This document shows positions 37,633 through 51,330 of a stretch of DNA of 64,000 nt, piece by piece; positions within the stretch are counted from its first letter, which is position 1, and each line of letters begins with the position of its first letter. Origin of the DNA: Paraspadella gotoi (Eukaryota > Animalia > Chaetognatha); contig CM119265.1 of the NCBI GenBank assembly GCA_051294375.1, positions 23,180,776 through 23,244,775 of the forward strand. The letters run 5' to 3'. The notes beneath the pieces are model-generated. The model was not told the DNA's origin. It did not search any database and saw only the letters and a program-made list of their open reading frames with translations. The translations under genes were made by a program, and so were the position numbers.

Positions 37633-40600
37633 ATGAAGGCCAACGGAAGGACCGAAAAAAGTTCGGAAGAAATGACGACCCTTAACGATGACCCGGCGGG
37701 CCCCGCCCCCGTCCCGCGAACCATCGGCCCGTCCTCCACTTCCCAGCCCGCGTGCCAGACGCCCCTGGAGGGCGGCTGGGGCTGGGCCTGCGTCATCGGC
37801 TGCTCGTTGGTTCACGTCATCGGCGCGGGGATCGGGAATCGTTCGGAGTCGTCCATCGTCGCGTCAGGAGCGATTCGGAGTGCTCGTCCTCAATCGGTGA
37901 TTGATTTAGGCGTTTTATGATTGATTTGATTGATGATTAAGACAGTGATTTTTTTCATTAATCGAAGACCTTGATTGTTTAATTGAGACTTGGCAGAGGT
38001 TTATTTATCGAATGATGTTGTATTGTATGATTGTATTTTTTGTATTCATTGATTGTTTGATGTATGTTGATTATTCGTGTATCTTTCATTGAATATTATT
38101 ATTTTATATACCATACCAATGTTGTAATGATGATTTTTGCTGGCCCGGATTGTTTGATTATTATTTAGAATATTTGTTTTTTTTTTTCTTTTGGCTGACG
38201 GTATATAAGTTGAATCATTTGTTGACAACTTTAGCTTGGATTACTGAATTACTAATTTTATCGATAGCGATTGATTAAATCGCGAAACGAGCCGTTCCTT
38301 ACCTCACCCTCCCCCCCACGACCACCCGACCCGCTCCTCACCCATTCTCCCCAAAAAAGGCCGCCTGGATCGGTTCCACCAACGGCTGTCTCCGCATGAT
38401 CCTCTCGCCCGTCGCCGGATTCCTCGTCCAGCGTCGCTCCTGCCGCGCCGTAACTTTTCTCGGCGGCGTCGTCTGCGCTGCGGGGGGAATCCTGTCGAGT
38501 TTCGCGACGTCGCCAGAGGCNNNNNNNNNNNNNNNNNNNNNNNNNACAAGGCAAATAGAAAGCGTATCAAGTTGCACGCTAAAAGCTTTTTCTAAGCGCG
38601 TTCCGGTCTGTCCTGTATTGAAAATGATTGATGTAGCCGGCTTATCCAGATGAGGACATCGAATTAAAATAAGCATTGATGTCGCCGATGCCGATGCCGG
38701 GCCAGATAAACCATATTCAACATGGCGTTTAGCCGATTTTTACTGTGAGAAACGCAGTCTGTATGAAGATGTTTTGAATTTTCACGCCTGTGACACCATT
38801 GGCGTTCTAGGCCGTCGTTGTGCCCTTGTTAGTCCTCTCTCTCAGTCGTCTAATCTCGTTAAGAGACATTAATTTATTGTTTATGTGATCTGACCATAAA
38901 ACCGTTCAACTCAAAACGTCTTAAAGCAATAGGATCGAGCTACCTTTTTAATGATTAACCACTATTGATGCGGATTGATTATACCAACCCTTATTGATGC
39001 GGATAGAGTAAACCGAGGATTGATGCCGATGGATAACCAATGATGATGCGATGATAAGCTCATGATGCGATTGATAATCATCATTGATGCGATGAAGTCC
39101 TTCATTGATCGGATGCAATGATAATCATTCATTGATGCCGATTGATAGTCATTTCATTGACGTGCGTACTTTGAAAAAAGTATGCATATTTTAAAAAAGT
39201 ATCCGAGATCAGATGCTTTTTTCCAAGATATGCCATACTTTTTTGAGTATGGCATACTTTTTTGAAGTATGCCTATTTCTTTTCTCTCTTTCTAAATATA
39301 GCACTACCTTTTTTAAAAATAATGCATACTTTTCTTAAAATATGGCAACTTTTTTCAAGTAGTGCTACTTTTTCTCAAAGTATGCATACTTTTTGAAAGC
39401 TATGCATACTTTTCTTGTTGAAAAGATACTGAATACTTTTATTTCTAAAGTATGCAATACTTTTTTTAAAAGTATGCATACTGTTTTGAGGTTAGTATGC
39501 ATAACCTTTTGAACCGCCGCGGGCGCGGCGGGTCGAAGGGAGGCCGCGGGAGCCGCGCGCACGCCGGACTAGGCGGGGAAGGAAGGCGGAGAAAAAGAAA
39601 GAGAAGAGCCATCAAAGAAAAGAAGAGGAGAGACAGAATCTGGCAGAGAAGAATAGAAAGACTAAGACGAAAGAAAGAGACTGAGGAACTGAGACAAGCA
39701 AGACAAGAAAGGAAGGGGAGAAGAAAGAAAGGAACAAGACGGAAGACGAGTGACAGCGGGAAACACATGATAAAGGAAGATGGAAAGACCGATGCAAACC
39801 AAAGAAAATAACACTTTAAGACTCTCGAACCTTAAAAGAAATAGATATGCACTTTTTCAAAGTATCATACTTTTTTCAAAGCTATGCATACTTTTTTGAA
39901 AAGATGCATACGTTTTTTTAAAATATGATTACTCTTTTTTAAAGTATGCAACTTTTTTAAAAGTATCCATACTTTTTTGAAGTATGCATACTTTTTTGAA
40001 AGTACTGCATACTTTTTTGAAGTATGCATACTTTTTTAAATATGCATACTTTTTTTAAAGTATGCATACTTTTTCAAAGTAAATAGGCATACTTTTGTGG
40101 AAGTATGCCATATTTTTTTGAAGTATGCAACTTTTTAAATAATGCATACTTTTTCAAAGTATGCCATACTTTTTCCAAAGTATGCATACTTTTTTCAAAG
40201 TATGCATACTTTTTTAAAATATGCATACTTTTCAAAGTATGCATACTTGTTTTGAATATGCATACTTTTTTAAAATATGCATAACTTTTTTCAAGTATGC
40301 ATACTTTATTTCAAAGTACTGCATACTTTTTTCAACTTGCATACTTTTTCAAACTTGCATACTTTTTTTCAATTGCATATCTTTTTCAACTTGCATATCT
40401 TTTTCGACTTGCTTATACTTTTCAACTTGCATATCTTTTTCAACTTGCATGACTTTTTAAAAACTGATACCGCTAAATTATCTTAGTTCAAATCCGACAT
40501 TTGTTTGCTCAAACTTGTCATAATAAATAAGCCGGATTCAGATATGACAATTTTAGAATATTAAAAACTATCGATCATCATCATTAGTTTAAGTTAAATT

Positions 40601-43600
40601 TTATTCATTAGCATCAATTACTTACCATTCATCATCATTTATCTTTTAATTATAGTTTTATTTGCGCTATCATATTAAAATCTGTTTACCATAAAATTAA
40701 AAGATTCAAAAAATGAAAAATTACATCGTTGCAAGTGACCGATTATCGTTGAATTTCTTAATCTTGAATTAATGTATTAAAGAGTTAGTTTAATAGTAGT
40801 TTTTGCTGGGTGAGATCAGGTCAATATTTACTTTTCAATTAATTCACCTTCTTTGGCTCTCTGGTCTTTTCCCTTTTTTTATTCTGTTATTTATTATGTT
40901 ATATTGTTGAGATTAATTTGGATTCCTTTTTTTCCGGGCTCGCTTATTCTATTTTCTCTTATGAGGCCCGAGTTCGCGCATAATCGCCCTATTATCCGGT
41001 TTAAACGGTCCTTCTCAGTACCACTCTCTCGATGTTAGTACATCCGTTTATTGATCAACAACATCGAGTTCGATTAAGCGAAAGTTGAATCCGATTTGAA
41101 GCGCGATTTTCGCGCGACTGTTTTATTGCCATAGACTTTTACACGGGATATCCCCAATTTTTATGAAATCTTTGCATATAGATAGTATTTTAAATTCCCT
41201 ATCGATCGTGGTACCAAATATATATTTTAGGAAAAATACTCAAAAGTTTAGAAAAACGAATGTCACATCCTCCAACGGACGTGTGATATTTTACTATTTT
41301 CGTGCTTTCATAGAATCATTATCGCGTCCGCATCCAATATTACTTATGCTGTATGATATCAGCACTCATATCTGCGAATACACACTCACTCGTTAGTGCT
41401 CAGTGCTGCATGTATTTATTCAGTCGGTGGCGTGGTCTGCTAGAGCGAGATAGAAGGTGGTCAAGTGCGCGAGAGACTACTATCCCTTCTCATTCTCCCT
41501 TATTAAAAAACAGGGCTACGAGGAGGTCCACGCATGCATGTAACCTCGCACACATAGCGAAGCGATCACCGGGGGAAGTCCGAGATATGAAGTCGAAAAG
41601 CAAGACCCATGATGGTACCATAGACTCGTGCTTCGTCATCCTCATCTTCCCTTTACCTGCGCGCGCTGCTGATTCTTCCCTACTTTCACTTTTACAAACG
41701 AGAATCAGGGAGGAGAAAGCGCGGGGAAGAAAGGCGGGCTGCAGCTGACAGAGCTTCCAAGAGACAAGGTGCAGGAACTGCAGACCTGGACGAGAATGGG
41801 TGCTGACAGTGATGTCGTTGATGAAAGTTGACGGAGGGAAAATTGACCATGGATGGAAATATACACTCAAGACGAAAGAAAGAAAGCGCATGTATGTGTG
41901 ATGAAAAGATAGAAACTGTCTGAACAAATCTAACAATTATCCAATTATCCAATCAATCAAATCAATCAATCCCTTGTGTCAGGAATCGGCAACGCCTTAA
42001 CATACGTCCCGAGTCTCGTCATCGTCAGCCATTATTTTCAAAAGAGAAAGGTGCGGTTGTATCGTTATAGTAATAGTATTGATTATCAGAAAATAATAAT
42101 AAACGACTGATCATATGTTGACCAACATTTATTTACATTTTTTACAGGCCTTCGCCAACGGTCTGGCAGTCTCCGGCGCCGGCATCGGCACCCTCGCCTT
42201 TCCTCCCATCATCCAGTTTCTGTTCGACGAGCTCGGATTCTCCGCCACCCTCCTCTACATCGGCGCCTTTTATCTCCACATCTGCGTCAGCGCGGCGATG
42301 TACCGACCGATCGAGGACAATTACGCGGTGTGTATAGTGTGTGTCGGTGTGGTGTGTGTGAGGAGCGAGCGAGACGGGAAAGGAGGAGAGGAGACGAAAA
42401 GGAGGAGGGGGCCGGGAGACGACGGTGAGAGTGAGAGGACGACCCCGACCTCCACCCGAGACCGGGAAGGACAGGGCCGCCGGGAGGAGACGCCGTATAG
42501 CCGGGCGGGAGGCAACGGAGCCGAGGGGCTGGAGAAGCGAAGTAGAGAGATGAGGAGAGAGAGACAGCAAGACAGACGACGGAAGTTATACTTAATTCGA
42601 ATTTGGTAATTTCCTCACGGAAGACATCGTTTCCTTTCCAAGAGGGGTCCAATCCGCCAAGCAGTTCGTCGACGAGGTTCCCGACTCCTCTCAGAAATCA
42701 CGCCTCCGATCTTCCGTAGACAAAGATCTCGACTCCGACGAATCTAAAGGCTGCAGCGCGACGTCAGCGCGGCGTCGCTGCGGCGTGGACGTCGGGGTTC
42801 TCGCCGAACCTCGATTCTTCCTCTTCGTCATTTTGCATACGAGTTACGTGATCGCGGTGACGTGCACAGTGTCTTTCCTCGTCCCCTTGGTCGTTCAATC
42901 GGGTGAGTCAGTGTACAATGTACACTGTACACTGTACACTGTACATATGTAAATGTTTAAATTGTGTATCTTCTTTCATAGTATACTTTAAAAAATTCGT
43001 AAATAAAAAACTAATTTGTAAAATACTTTTTTTCCTTTATTTCCGCATTGGATTATAGTTACCCTGTACTCGTATAATATATCATAACTTTAATAATGTT
43101 TTTTTTTGTCCTTTAAAGTTGAAGTAAGAAATCATAATTATAATACTAATGGTTTTCAACTGAAAACCAATCAAATTTTCTTGACGACGAAGGTCGTCAA
43201 AATTGACCAATCAGAGAGAAGAGTAGATATTCAATTTGCACCCTCATCCCACTTTTATTTCTCATATATTCGTCTTCTACAAAAGTTTTTATAGCCGCTA
43301 TAAAACTATATTTTCGCTTCGAGATTTTCGGATTAAATTTGATAATAATGCTAAAACTATAATATTATCTACTGTTTTTTTAAAATAAAGAAAGCAATAC
43401 TGTCGAGTAAGCAAAATATAAATCCATTTAAACAAATGTTAACACGCTACTTTGTCAATTCTGCAATATGTAAATGAGATTTTAGATAAATTGGCAGAAT
43501 GTTATAAATCTTAAAGACAATTGAAAAGGCGTTTCATAAATAAAGTGGTCTTATATTTCACTTATATTGAACGACCAGGTATTTCTCTACTTCAAGCTGC

Positions 43601-45177
43601 AATCTGTATGGTTCTCAACTGAAAACCAAGCAAACTTTTTTGACGACAGAGTCGTCAAAGGACCAATGAGAAGACCCAGGAACTGGGACTAGGGCAAATA
43701 CTAGCAGGTTGAAATAAATTTTTATGCCCCTTGAAAAACTACTTTCTCTTTTCGAGATTCGCTCATTGAATCAGATATATATTATTCACCCAATCGCATA
43801 TAAAGCTAAAGCTATAATACGTATTACTTTTTTATAAATAAAAAAGGAAACTTCTTTGGGCAAGCACACTATAGAACTATTTAACAAAAGTTAACACGCT
43901 GGTTTGTCAACACTGCTATATGTAAATGAGATTAAAGATAAAATGGCAGAATTTATCATACGTTTTCATGAGATTATGAGTATTTAAAAGGCGAGCAATC
44001 CGGTAAAAAACTTATCTTGTATGAAGTTGGCACAAACAATAAAATTACCCTATAATTAAATAAATAATATAGTAAGTAATATAGCAGGGTCTATGGTCCC
44101 GTAATCTTTCAATAAGCTATAAATTTTGAACTTCATCTCATTTCTTCCTCCAGGCATCGACAAAGCGGACGCCGCTCTGGTGATGTCGGTGAACGGACTC
44201 ATGGATCTCATTGGTCGAGTCGTCTACGGTTTTGTTTTGAGTCTCAAATTCGCGTCAAAACATTCGACTCTCACGTACACGGTCAACCTATTGACGTAAG
44301 ACATCTTTTGATTCGATTTTACGTAGTTTTTTTTTAATTAAAGTTTAAACCGTACTAAATTCGGAACTAAAACGTCTAAAAAAACGAGAGTGATCAATCT
44401 TGATGCAATAAAACAAAAAACAATTATCTATTTCTAGGCCTCCTTTTATGAAAATCGTAAAGGCGCTCAAAGCCCATAAAACAAAATTGCAAGGCTTTTT
44501 TTTTTTTTTTTTGGTATCTGGTTTTTGAGCAGTGGAGATAGCAATCGCGACCGTCATTAAAAAACAAAATAGTCATTCCTCATATTCTCCGTCGTGATAT
44601 ACCAGATGGCGCTCTCGATAAATTAAACGAAATATCAGCTCTTTTATTTTTCGTCCAGCTTTTCCGTTGTAAACCTCGTGACGGCGCTGTGTTGTGAGTC
44701 TTACTTCGCCTTTGTCTCCATCTCGGCTCTCAACGGATTCCTGACGGGCGGCTGCATGACCGTCGCCATCGTCGTCGCTCAGGACATTTTCGGCAGAGAG
44801 CGCTTCGCAAAGGCCTTCGCCGCTGCCATGTTTTTTTTGGGTCAGTTTCAAAGATCGGATGCATTTTTGAAGGGTTATTTTATTGAAGTTATTTCTTGTA
44901 CGAAGTAAAACACGAAAAAAAAAAGGACGACGACGCAACGACGATGATAATGACTTGTATTTTCAGATAGGAAATGTAATAAATACATTATAATTGTTAA
45001 AACCTCATAAATCGTCATTCAACACTTCTTTCAGGTTTTTTTACTGTGGGCGCGGCCCCTTTGGCGGGATGGATGGCCGACAATTTAAAGACATACTCGG
45101 TCGTCTTTTGTTTCACTTCGTTAGTTAACATTGTCGGCGCCATCGCAGGCGCCATCTTGCTTTACTTGTCGAGATGA
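37633..45177 (+). CDS. Monocarboxylate transporter-like MFS protein (SLC16 family), multi-exon; one exon probably lost in gap, indels in exon 1
   Basis: Exons ~37633-37896 (PLEGGWGWACV), 38360-38520 (AAWIGST..MILSPVAGFLVQRRSCRAVTFLGG), 41983-42050 (GIGNALTYVPSLVIVSHYFQKRK), 42148-42327 (AFANGLAVSGAGIGTLAFPPIIQFL...AAMYRP), ~42625-42901, 44154-44295 (DLIGRVVYG), 44659-44840 and 45035-45177 (GAAPLAGWMAD...stop). GGWGW and YFxKRx..A.G.A..G are SLC16 motifs. Confidence 0.9.
38960..39160. repeat. Degenerate ~22-25-bp tandem repeat (cattgatgcgattgataatc)
   Basis: Repeated ttgatgcg(g)at cores in noisy sequence. Confidence 0.6.
39165..40460. repeat. ~19-20-bp satellite with palindromic core AAAGTATGCATACTTT, interrupted at ~39510-39835
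   Basis: Tens of tandem units, drifting to an aacttgcatatc variant at the 3' end. Confidence 0.9.
43148..43955. repeat. Two diverged tandem copies (~460-bp period) of an unclassified repeat
   Basis: atggtt(t/c)tcaactgaaaaccaa..ttgacgac..gtcgtcaaa at ~43149 and ~43608. Shared ttaacacgct..tttgtcaa..tatgtaaatgagatt. Related motifs at ~48720, ~50175 and ~50440. Confidence 0.65.
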
Positions 45178-45628
45178 ATGGAGGAACTTGGAATCACTTT
45201 ATTAAGGATGGAAGAACATTGATCTGGACGCCTTCGAATTTACTCTTTTACCAAATAAACTCGTTTGCTTTAATCGTTTTACGTTTTAGAGATTTTATCG
45301 TTTTTTATGTCGTTCGATTCTGATCTGGTTGTTAATCTCGATATATACTGAAAGATTTTCAAAAGATATACTGAGGTAGTTGTACTTTTGAATTTGTGGA
45401 TTCATGATCTGAATTAAAATGAAAAATGAACAAAACCTGAAGATTCTTCGTGCTTAGACAATGGACATGCAGCAAAATCTCTTGAGATTTTATAGTCTTT
45501 AATCAAGTTTTTTTTATATATAATAAACCAGTAGCAATAAAAGCATTTTTGCAATTGAGCAAATAATAAAAAAAAAACAATTAAAATGAAATTAATATTT
45601 TAAGTTTCCACAAAATGTTCCGTAATTT

Positions 45629-48606
45629 TTAGTTCTCGTCCGAAACTTCCACCGACCGCAGTTTCTCTCCGCACTTTTTCCGCGCGACGACGACGCCGCC
45701 GACGACAACGCCACCGAACAGCGCCGCCATCGCTTGGACGAAGTAGGCGCCGCGAATGCCGACGGCGCCGGCGCCGAGACCGCCGATCAAACTCCCAGCG
45801 CCCTTGCCGAGATTAAAATAAGCAGCGCCGACGATGGCCTGCAGCGTTGCCAGAGAGCCGGGCGGTGACAGCGCCGCCGCGAGTGACGCCGCCGCCGCCC
45901 ACATCAGGCCGAAGGTGACGGCGTGGAGGGCGTCGACGAGGTAGGTGGGCCACGGCGTCGTTAGGAGAGAGTAGGAGAGGAATCTGATTCGAGAGGAAGA
46001 ATGAGTTATTTATTCAGCTATTTAGTTGTAATTGTTTAATTAGTAAATTGGTTAATTAGGTAATTGCACATAAGGCGATCAACGACGTTTTTAGATCAAC
46101 GACGGTTTGAGATAATGAGGCAGTTTCTATCATCGCATTCTTGGTTATAGTAAATATTAACATTGTGAAGGAAGAGATTATTTGATTTTTACGTACTTTA
46201 TTTAAGGAGAGGAAAATTTGTATTGTTTACATACAACGAATTTGTTTAATTTACAATTACAATGTAAGTCGCTTGGTCGTAACTTGTTGGCTTTATCTCT
46301 CATAGATAATTCAGTCTACATTTTTTATTCATTCCATTCTTTCTTCCTCTTCCTCCTACCATCCTCAATCCCACCTGACACCGAATCGAGGTAAACAACG
46401 ACTAGCGACACTTCGTGCCGAGTCTCTCCAAAAATCTTTCGCGGTGAAACAAAAGAACAGTCTCCGCCAGACAAAGCGACGCGAGAGTCACGCCCATTTG
46501 GGTCTGAGAGAGAAACGGCAAAGACGATGTTGTCTAAAGCACTATTCATGACAATGATTGCTCTCGGAAGAAATTATTTTTAATTTATTGCTTTAAAGTT
46601 TAAACAATAACGACAGATAGATTGGGCTTTTATCGTAGTATAAGTTCAGGGCCTCGCAGTGCTCTTCGTAGCCCTGCGTAATTGCCATGAACCGACTTAG
46701 TCGCCCTCGCAAGCGAGGTTTAAGCGCGGAAATCGAAATCGCGACGCAGGGTTAGCAATTGCGACGTAACAAATTTAAAAATACTCTGCCAACTATATTG
46801 TGCCATACTATGCAGTATAATGTGCAATAAACTACGTATAAAGTCTTGCCAGATCAAATATTTTCTGAGATGGACTAAATGTTGCTCGTACAATCCGAAC
46901 TCTCTTCTCGCTAAAACCGCGACTCGCCTGCGAAGTATCGGAGAACGTTTTGAAGGAAGAGTCCGTAGAACGACCCGTGAAATCCGCCGAAGAATCCAAA
47001 GACAAGATGCTAAAGACGAAGAGGAAGAATCCAAGCGTCGGCGAAGATGAAGATCAAGCGGGTCTTCAGGACACCTCACCGAGAATTTGATGAGGACTCT
47101 GGCGCCGACCGCGGCGGCTTCTTCGAGTTCCTGGGATCCTTCAGAGCGTCTCCTTGACGCACTCTTCCTCCTCCCCTTTTGCGCGCAGCCGCCCCGGCGT
47201 CAACATCACCGACGCGGCCGGTCAACGCCATCGCCACCATCAACGAGTGCGCCCGGATCCCGTTACGAGTCTTCGATGTCCACAATCGAGCGTCCAGCGC
47301 CGCTCCGCCGCCACGGAGAAGATCACGAACCCGCAGCGGCGACCACATCCTCTGGCGGCCGAATTCGCCGCGCCGCCTCGGGCCGAGAGCGGGCGAAAAC
47401 TATGGCGTCCATGAGGGAGAAAGATGGGAGCGTAGAAAGTCTCGTAGAGGAGATAACCGGCGAGGGAGGCGAGGAACGTGGCGTCGGAGGAGGGGGTGGA
47501 GTGGTGGAGGGGTGGCGAAAGAGTCGGGGAGAAGAGGGAGGAGGTGGGTCGGTGTGCAGGGTGCTGTGGAAAGGGGGTCGCAGATTGATTAATATTGTAT
47601 CTGGGATGAAAACAAGCAAAACGGCTCTTGTCTGATAATATGTCATTATCTTGTGAAGTGATTGGATGCCTTAAAACCAAAGCCTGCCAAAGCCAAGTGT
47701 CCAAAGTTGTCCAAAGTCGGGGCAAAGAAGCTTTTATATTGGTGCACAATTTATATATCTCTTATAATTAGCTTGAAATGCTAGAATAATTTATTTATCG
47801 TTTTAGAATATATGCATGATTATTATTAATTATTATTTATTATTATTAAAATTATGTTTTCTTAAGTTTAAAAATAATAATCGCTGGCTTATCGCACCCC
47901 CTCTACGGAAAATTTGAAGAGACGTTCGTCGCCGTCAACGAAGAATTTTCGACTCCCCCGCCCCCTCGTCCCGGAATCGCCGCCAACGCCTCGAAGCTCA
48001 ACCCGTAACCGCAGACGCAGGCGGCGAGGACGACGCGGTGAGCGCGCCACTTGTCCGCCACCAGCGCCACCAACGGATTCGAGATTAGACCGACGAACGG
48101 AACGACGCCGAGAAGAAGCGCCGTCTCGGCCGGCGTCAATCCGACGGAATGGAGTTGATTCGATTTGTAGTTTGAAACGAAAGCGAGGCCGGCGCAGAAA
48201 CAAAAGTACATCGACTTGAGGAAGAAAAGACGGGGCTCGATGGAGGCGCAGGGGAAGTGGGTGTCGTGGCGGGCCGGTGGAGGTTTGACAGTGGCGTCGA
48301 TGGGGTCGATGACGGCGTCGCTGGGGTGAAGAACGCCGCGAGGAGCAACTTCTTCGACGTCGGATGTCGAATAGTCGGTGGCGCCATTTTCTAACGGAGA
48401 TTTTGCTGAGGTTTGGGGGAATGAATTTATACTCGCCAAAATCGAAAGCAGCATTAATTCTAGGGCATACGTGTTAATATTTTATTTTTATATTTTTCTT
48501 TACATAACATTAACGACTTCGTGTACTTACTACCGTTACACGCCGATCCTCCCGTCGGCGCCCCCGGCGGAGCAGCTGAGGTCGTCATTGAATAATTTGA
48601 GTCCAT
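45629..48606 (-). CDS. MFSD6: MFSD6-like major facilitator transporter, multi-exon; middle exons in noisy sequence
   Basis: Exon 48606-48531 (MDSNYSMTT..) splices in phase to 48405-~47900 (LFFLKSMYFCF...VGLTPAETALLLGVVPFVGLISNPLVALVADKW). ~47490-47080 reads YETFYAPIFSLMDAIV..EFGRQRMW with indels. Fragments at 46375-47030. Last exon 45983-45629 (DALHAVTFGLMWAAAAS...ATLQAIVGAAYFNLGKGAGSLIGG). Confidence 0.85.
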
Positions 48607-48674
48607 GTAAAATTTGTATTAGTTGATAAGCTTCATCCAACTACAATAATAAACTGGCCTAATGAAATTTAAAA

Positions 48675-49489
48675 ATCAAAAAGCAATTTTTGAGAATTAG
48701 TTTTTAAGTCCGTCTTTAACACTGCAAATATGTAAATGAGCTAAAAGATAGAAAACATAACCATAACAAATAGTATTATTAAAAGTAATTTTGAATTAAT
48801 GCTAATATTATGCATTTTACTCATATACTTTAAATTTTGTGAGTGGCATTGCAATATGTTGCCATCAGCTCATGAACGATACTGCGATGGATCCAAAATC
48901 CTCATGCCTGGTTCCTAGAGGTGGTAAAGAAAGTTGCCGCCCACGCTTTAAATTATATGTTATAATTTGTTTGAAATTATCAAAAGTTAGAAACTTAACC
49001 TTTATCCTTCAATAGATTTCGGAATTTTTAAACCCGCAGTATCCAAACATAGCGAGCCATTACCAATGGTGATCTCCAAAATTGTTTTAGTTGTTTTATA
49101 ATTTGAAATCCAAGCAATCAGTTTGAAAAAATTCTTGTAAATTATTTTAAATTTTTAAAACACTATTTTGTTTTTTGGGCAGTTTTAACGATAGTAAAAA
49201 ATATTAAGAAATATTATAAAGGACGAATATAAATATTTTCAATCGCTCTGAGTGAAAAGCAGTTTCATCAAAAAAATGTATAAGATAAGTTGTAACAGAT
49301 AATAAGACAAACAGGTTGCGCAAAAATATCGAACACTTAGGAAATCTTTTAAAATCGTTTTCAAGTTCGAATAACATTTTTTTTTTAGAGCGTTCTTGAA
49401 TAATTTATCTCAGAACGCATTCACCTTTTGACCTTTTTTAACAACAACAACAACAACCAACCAACAACACAAACAACAACAACAACAAC

Positions 49490-49529
<40 letters not shown>

Positions 49530-51330
49530 CAACAACAACAAACACAACCAACAACAACAACAACAACACACAACAACAACAACAACAGATTCACACATAT
49601 ACGCAGACCTGTTGAAAAATGAGCAGATCNNNNNNNNNNNNNNNNNNNNNNNNNGAAACAGTTAATGCTTCACGGAGCAATTAGTCTAATGGGTAAACAA
49701 AAAAAACCTTAGATGCTAAGTTCGAAATAGGAACTTTTATTTAAAATAAAATGATACTTTACCGGAGTTTAATATTAACTTTGATATTATGGTGGATTAA
49801 AATCCATAAATAATTCATCCGCAATGGTACAGGAGTGAATACATAGTTTCATACAAGTTTATTCTGTATGTCATGAATACTTGTTTTGTTTAATTGTAAC
49901 TTATAAAAACTTTTTTATGAATGGAGAAAGAGTCGCGAAGTAATAATTTAGAATGTAACATATGATTATTTTCATAAGAAAAATTCTGAGAAAAGTTTGG
50001 TACTCGAGACGAACAAAAAAAAATATCTTTCGGCAGCAAAAACTGAAATTAGCAAATATCAAAATTAACGTAATTTTAACAAATAATTTTTTTATGTTAA
50101 TTGTTAATTCGTTTAAGGGCCTAGAGCAACTAGAAATTAGAAGACGATGGTTTCTATAGGAGAACAATAAAAGTTTTTGACGGCACAAGGGTCGTCACTG
50201 AGGAGAGGAAGTTTCCTATGAGGACTCCCTTTGTTGGTTGAAACCTAGACTTTGTAGCTCCCCGAAAAAATGATTGTTTGGTCATTTTGAAGATCCAAAT
50301 TTGCACGAATAAAGTATGACATCTAAAACTCTAGTGTATCAAACTTCTTTAGAAAAAGCTTTGAAATGCGAAGGTGGCCCTAAAATGTAAATTTAAATCA
50401 ATTTTTGAGAATTAGTTTTTAAGATCCGTCTTTCAACACTGCAAATATGTAATGAGCTAAAAGATAGAAAACATAACCATAACTAGTATTATTAAAGTAT
50501 TTTTGAATTAATGCTAGAATATTATGCATTTTACTCATATACTTTAAATTTAGTGGGGCATTGCAATATGTGCTTATCAGCTCATGAACGATACTGCGTG
50601 GATCGCCCAAAATCCTCATGCCTGGTTCCTAGAGGTGGTAAAGTAGAGTTGCCGCCCAGCTTTAAATTATATGTTATAATTTGTTGAAATTATCAAAAGT
50701 TAGAAACTTAATTCCTTAATAGATTTCGGATTTTTAACGCAGTATCCAAACATAGCGAGCCATTACCAGATGGTGATCTCCAAAATTGTTTAGTTGTTTT
50801 ATAATGAAATCCAAAGCAATCAGTTTGAAAAATATCTTGTAAATTATTTTAAATTTTAAACAAACTATTTGTTTTTTGGGCAGTTTTAACGATAGTAAAA
50901 AATATTAAGAAATATTATAAAGACGAATATATAAATATTTTCATGCAGCTCTGAGTTAAAGCAGTTTCATCAAAAAAATTGTATAACGTAAGTTGTAACA
51001 GAAATAAGACAAACAGTTGCGCAAAAATATCGAAACACTTAGGAAATCTTTTAAAATCGTTTTCAAGTTCGAATAACATTTTTTTTTAGAGCGTTCTGTG
51101 AATAATTTATCTCAAACGCATTCACTTTTGACCTTTTTTAACAACAACAACAACAACAAACACAACAACAACACAACAACAAACAACAACAACAAACAAC
51201 AACAACAACAACAACAACAACAATACAACAACAATCAACAACACAAAACACAACAACACACAACAACAACAACACAACAACAACAACAACAATTTCAACA
51301 CATATACATAATCTGCAGACCTGTTGAGAA
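48675..51330. repeat. Direct duplication 48675-49620 / 50395-51330, each ending in (CAA)n, across an N gap
   Basis: Colinear sequence with only small indels; gap at 49630-49653. Confidence 0.85.

Noticed and set aside
40960-41900. Nested gene in the MCT intron
   Set aside because: ORFs on both strands lack recognisable domains; more likely a TE remnant, but unsupported.
48675-51330. Biological tandem duplication upstream of MFSD6
   Set aside because: Copies flank an N gap and differ by read-error-like indels; likely a gap-filling artefact.
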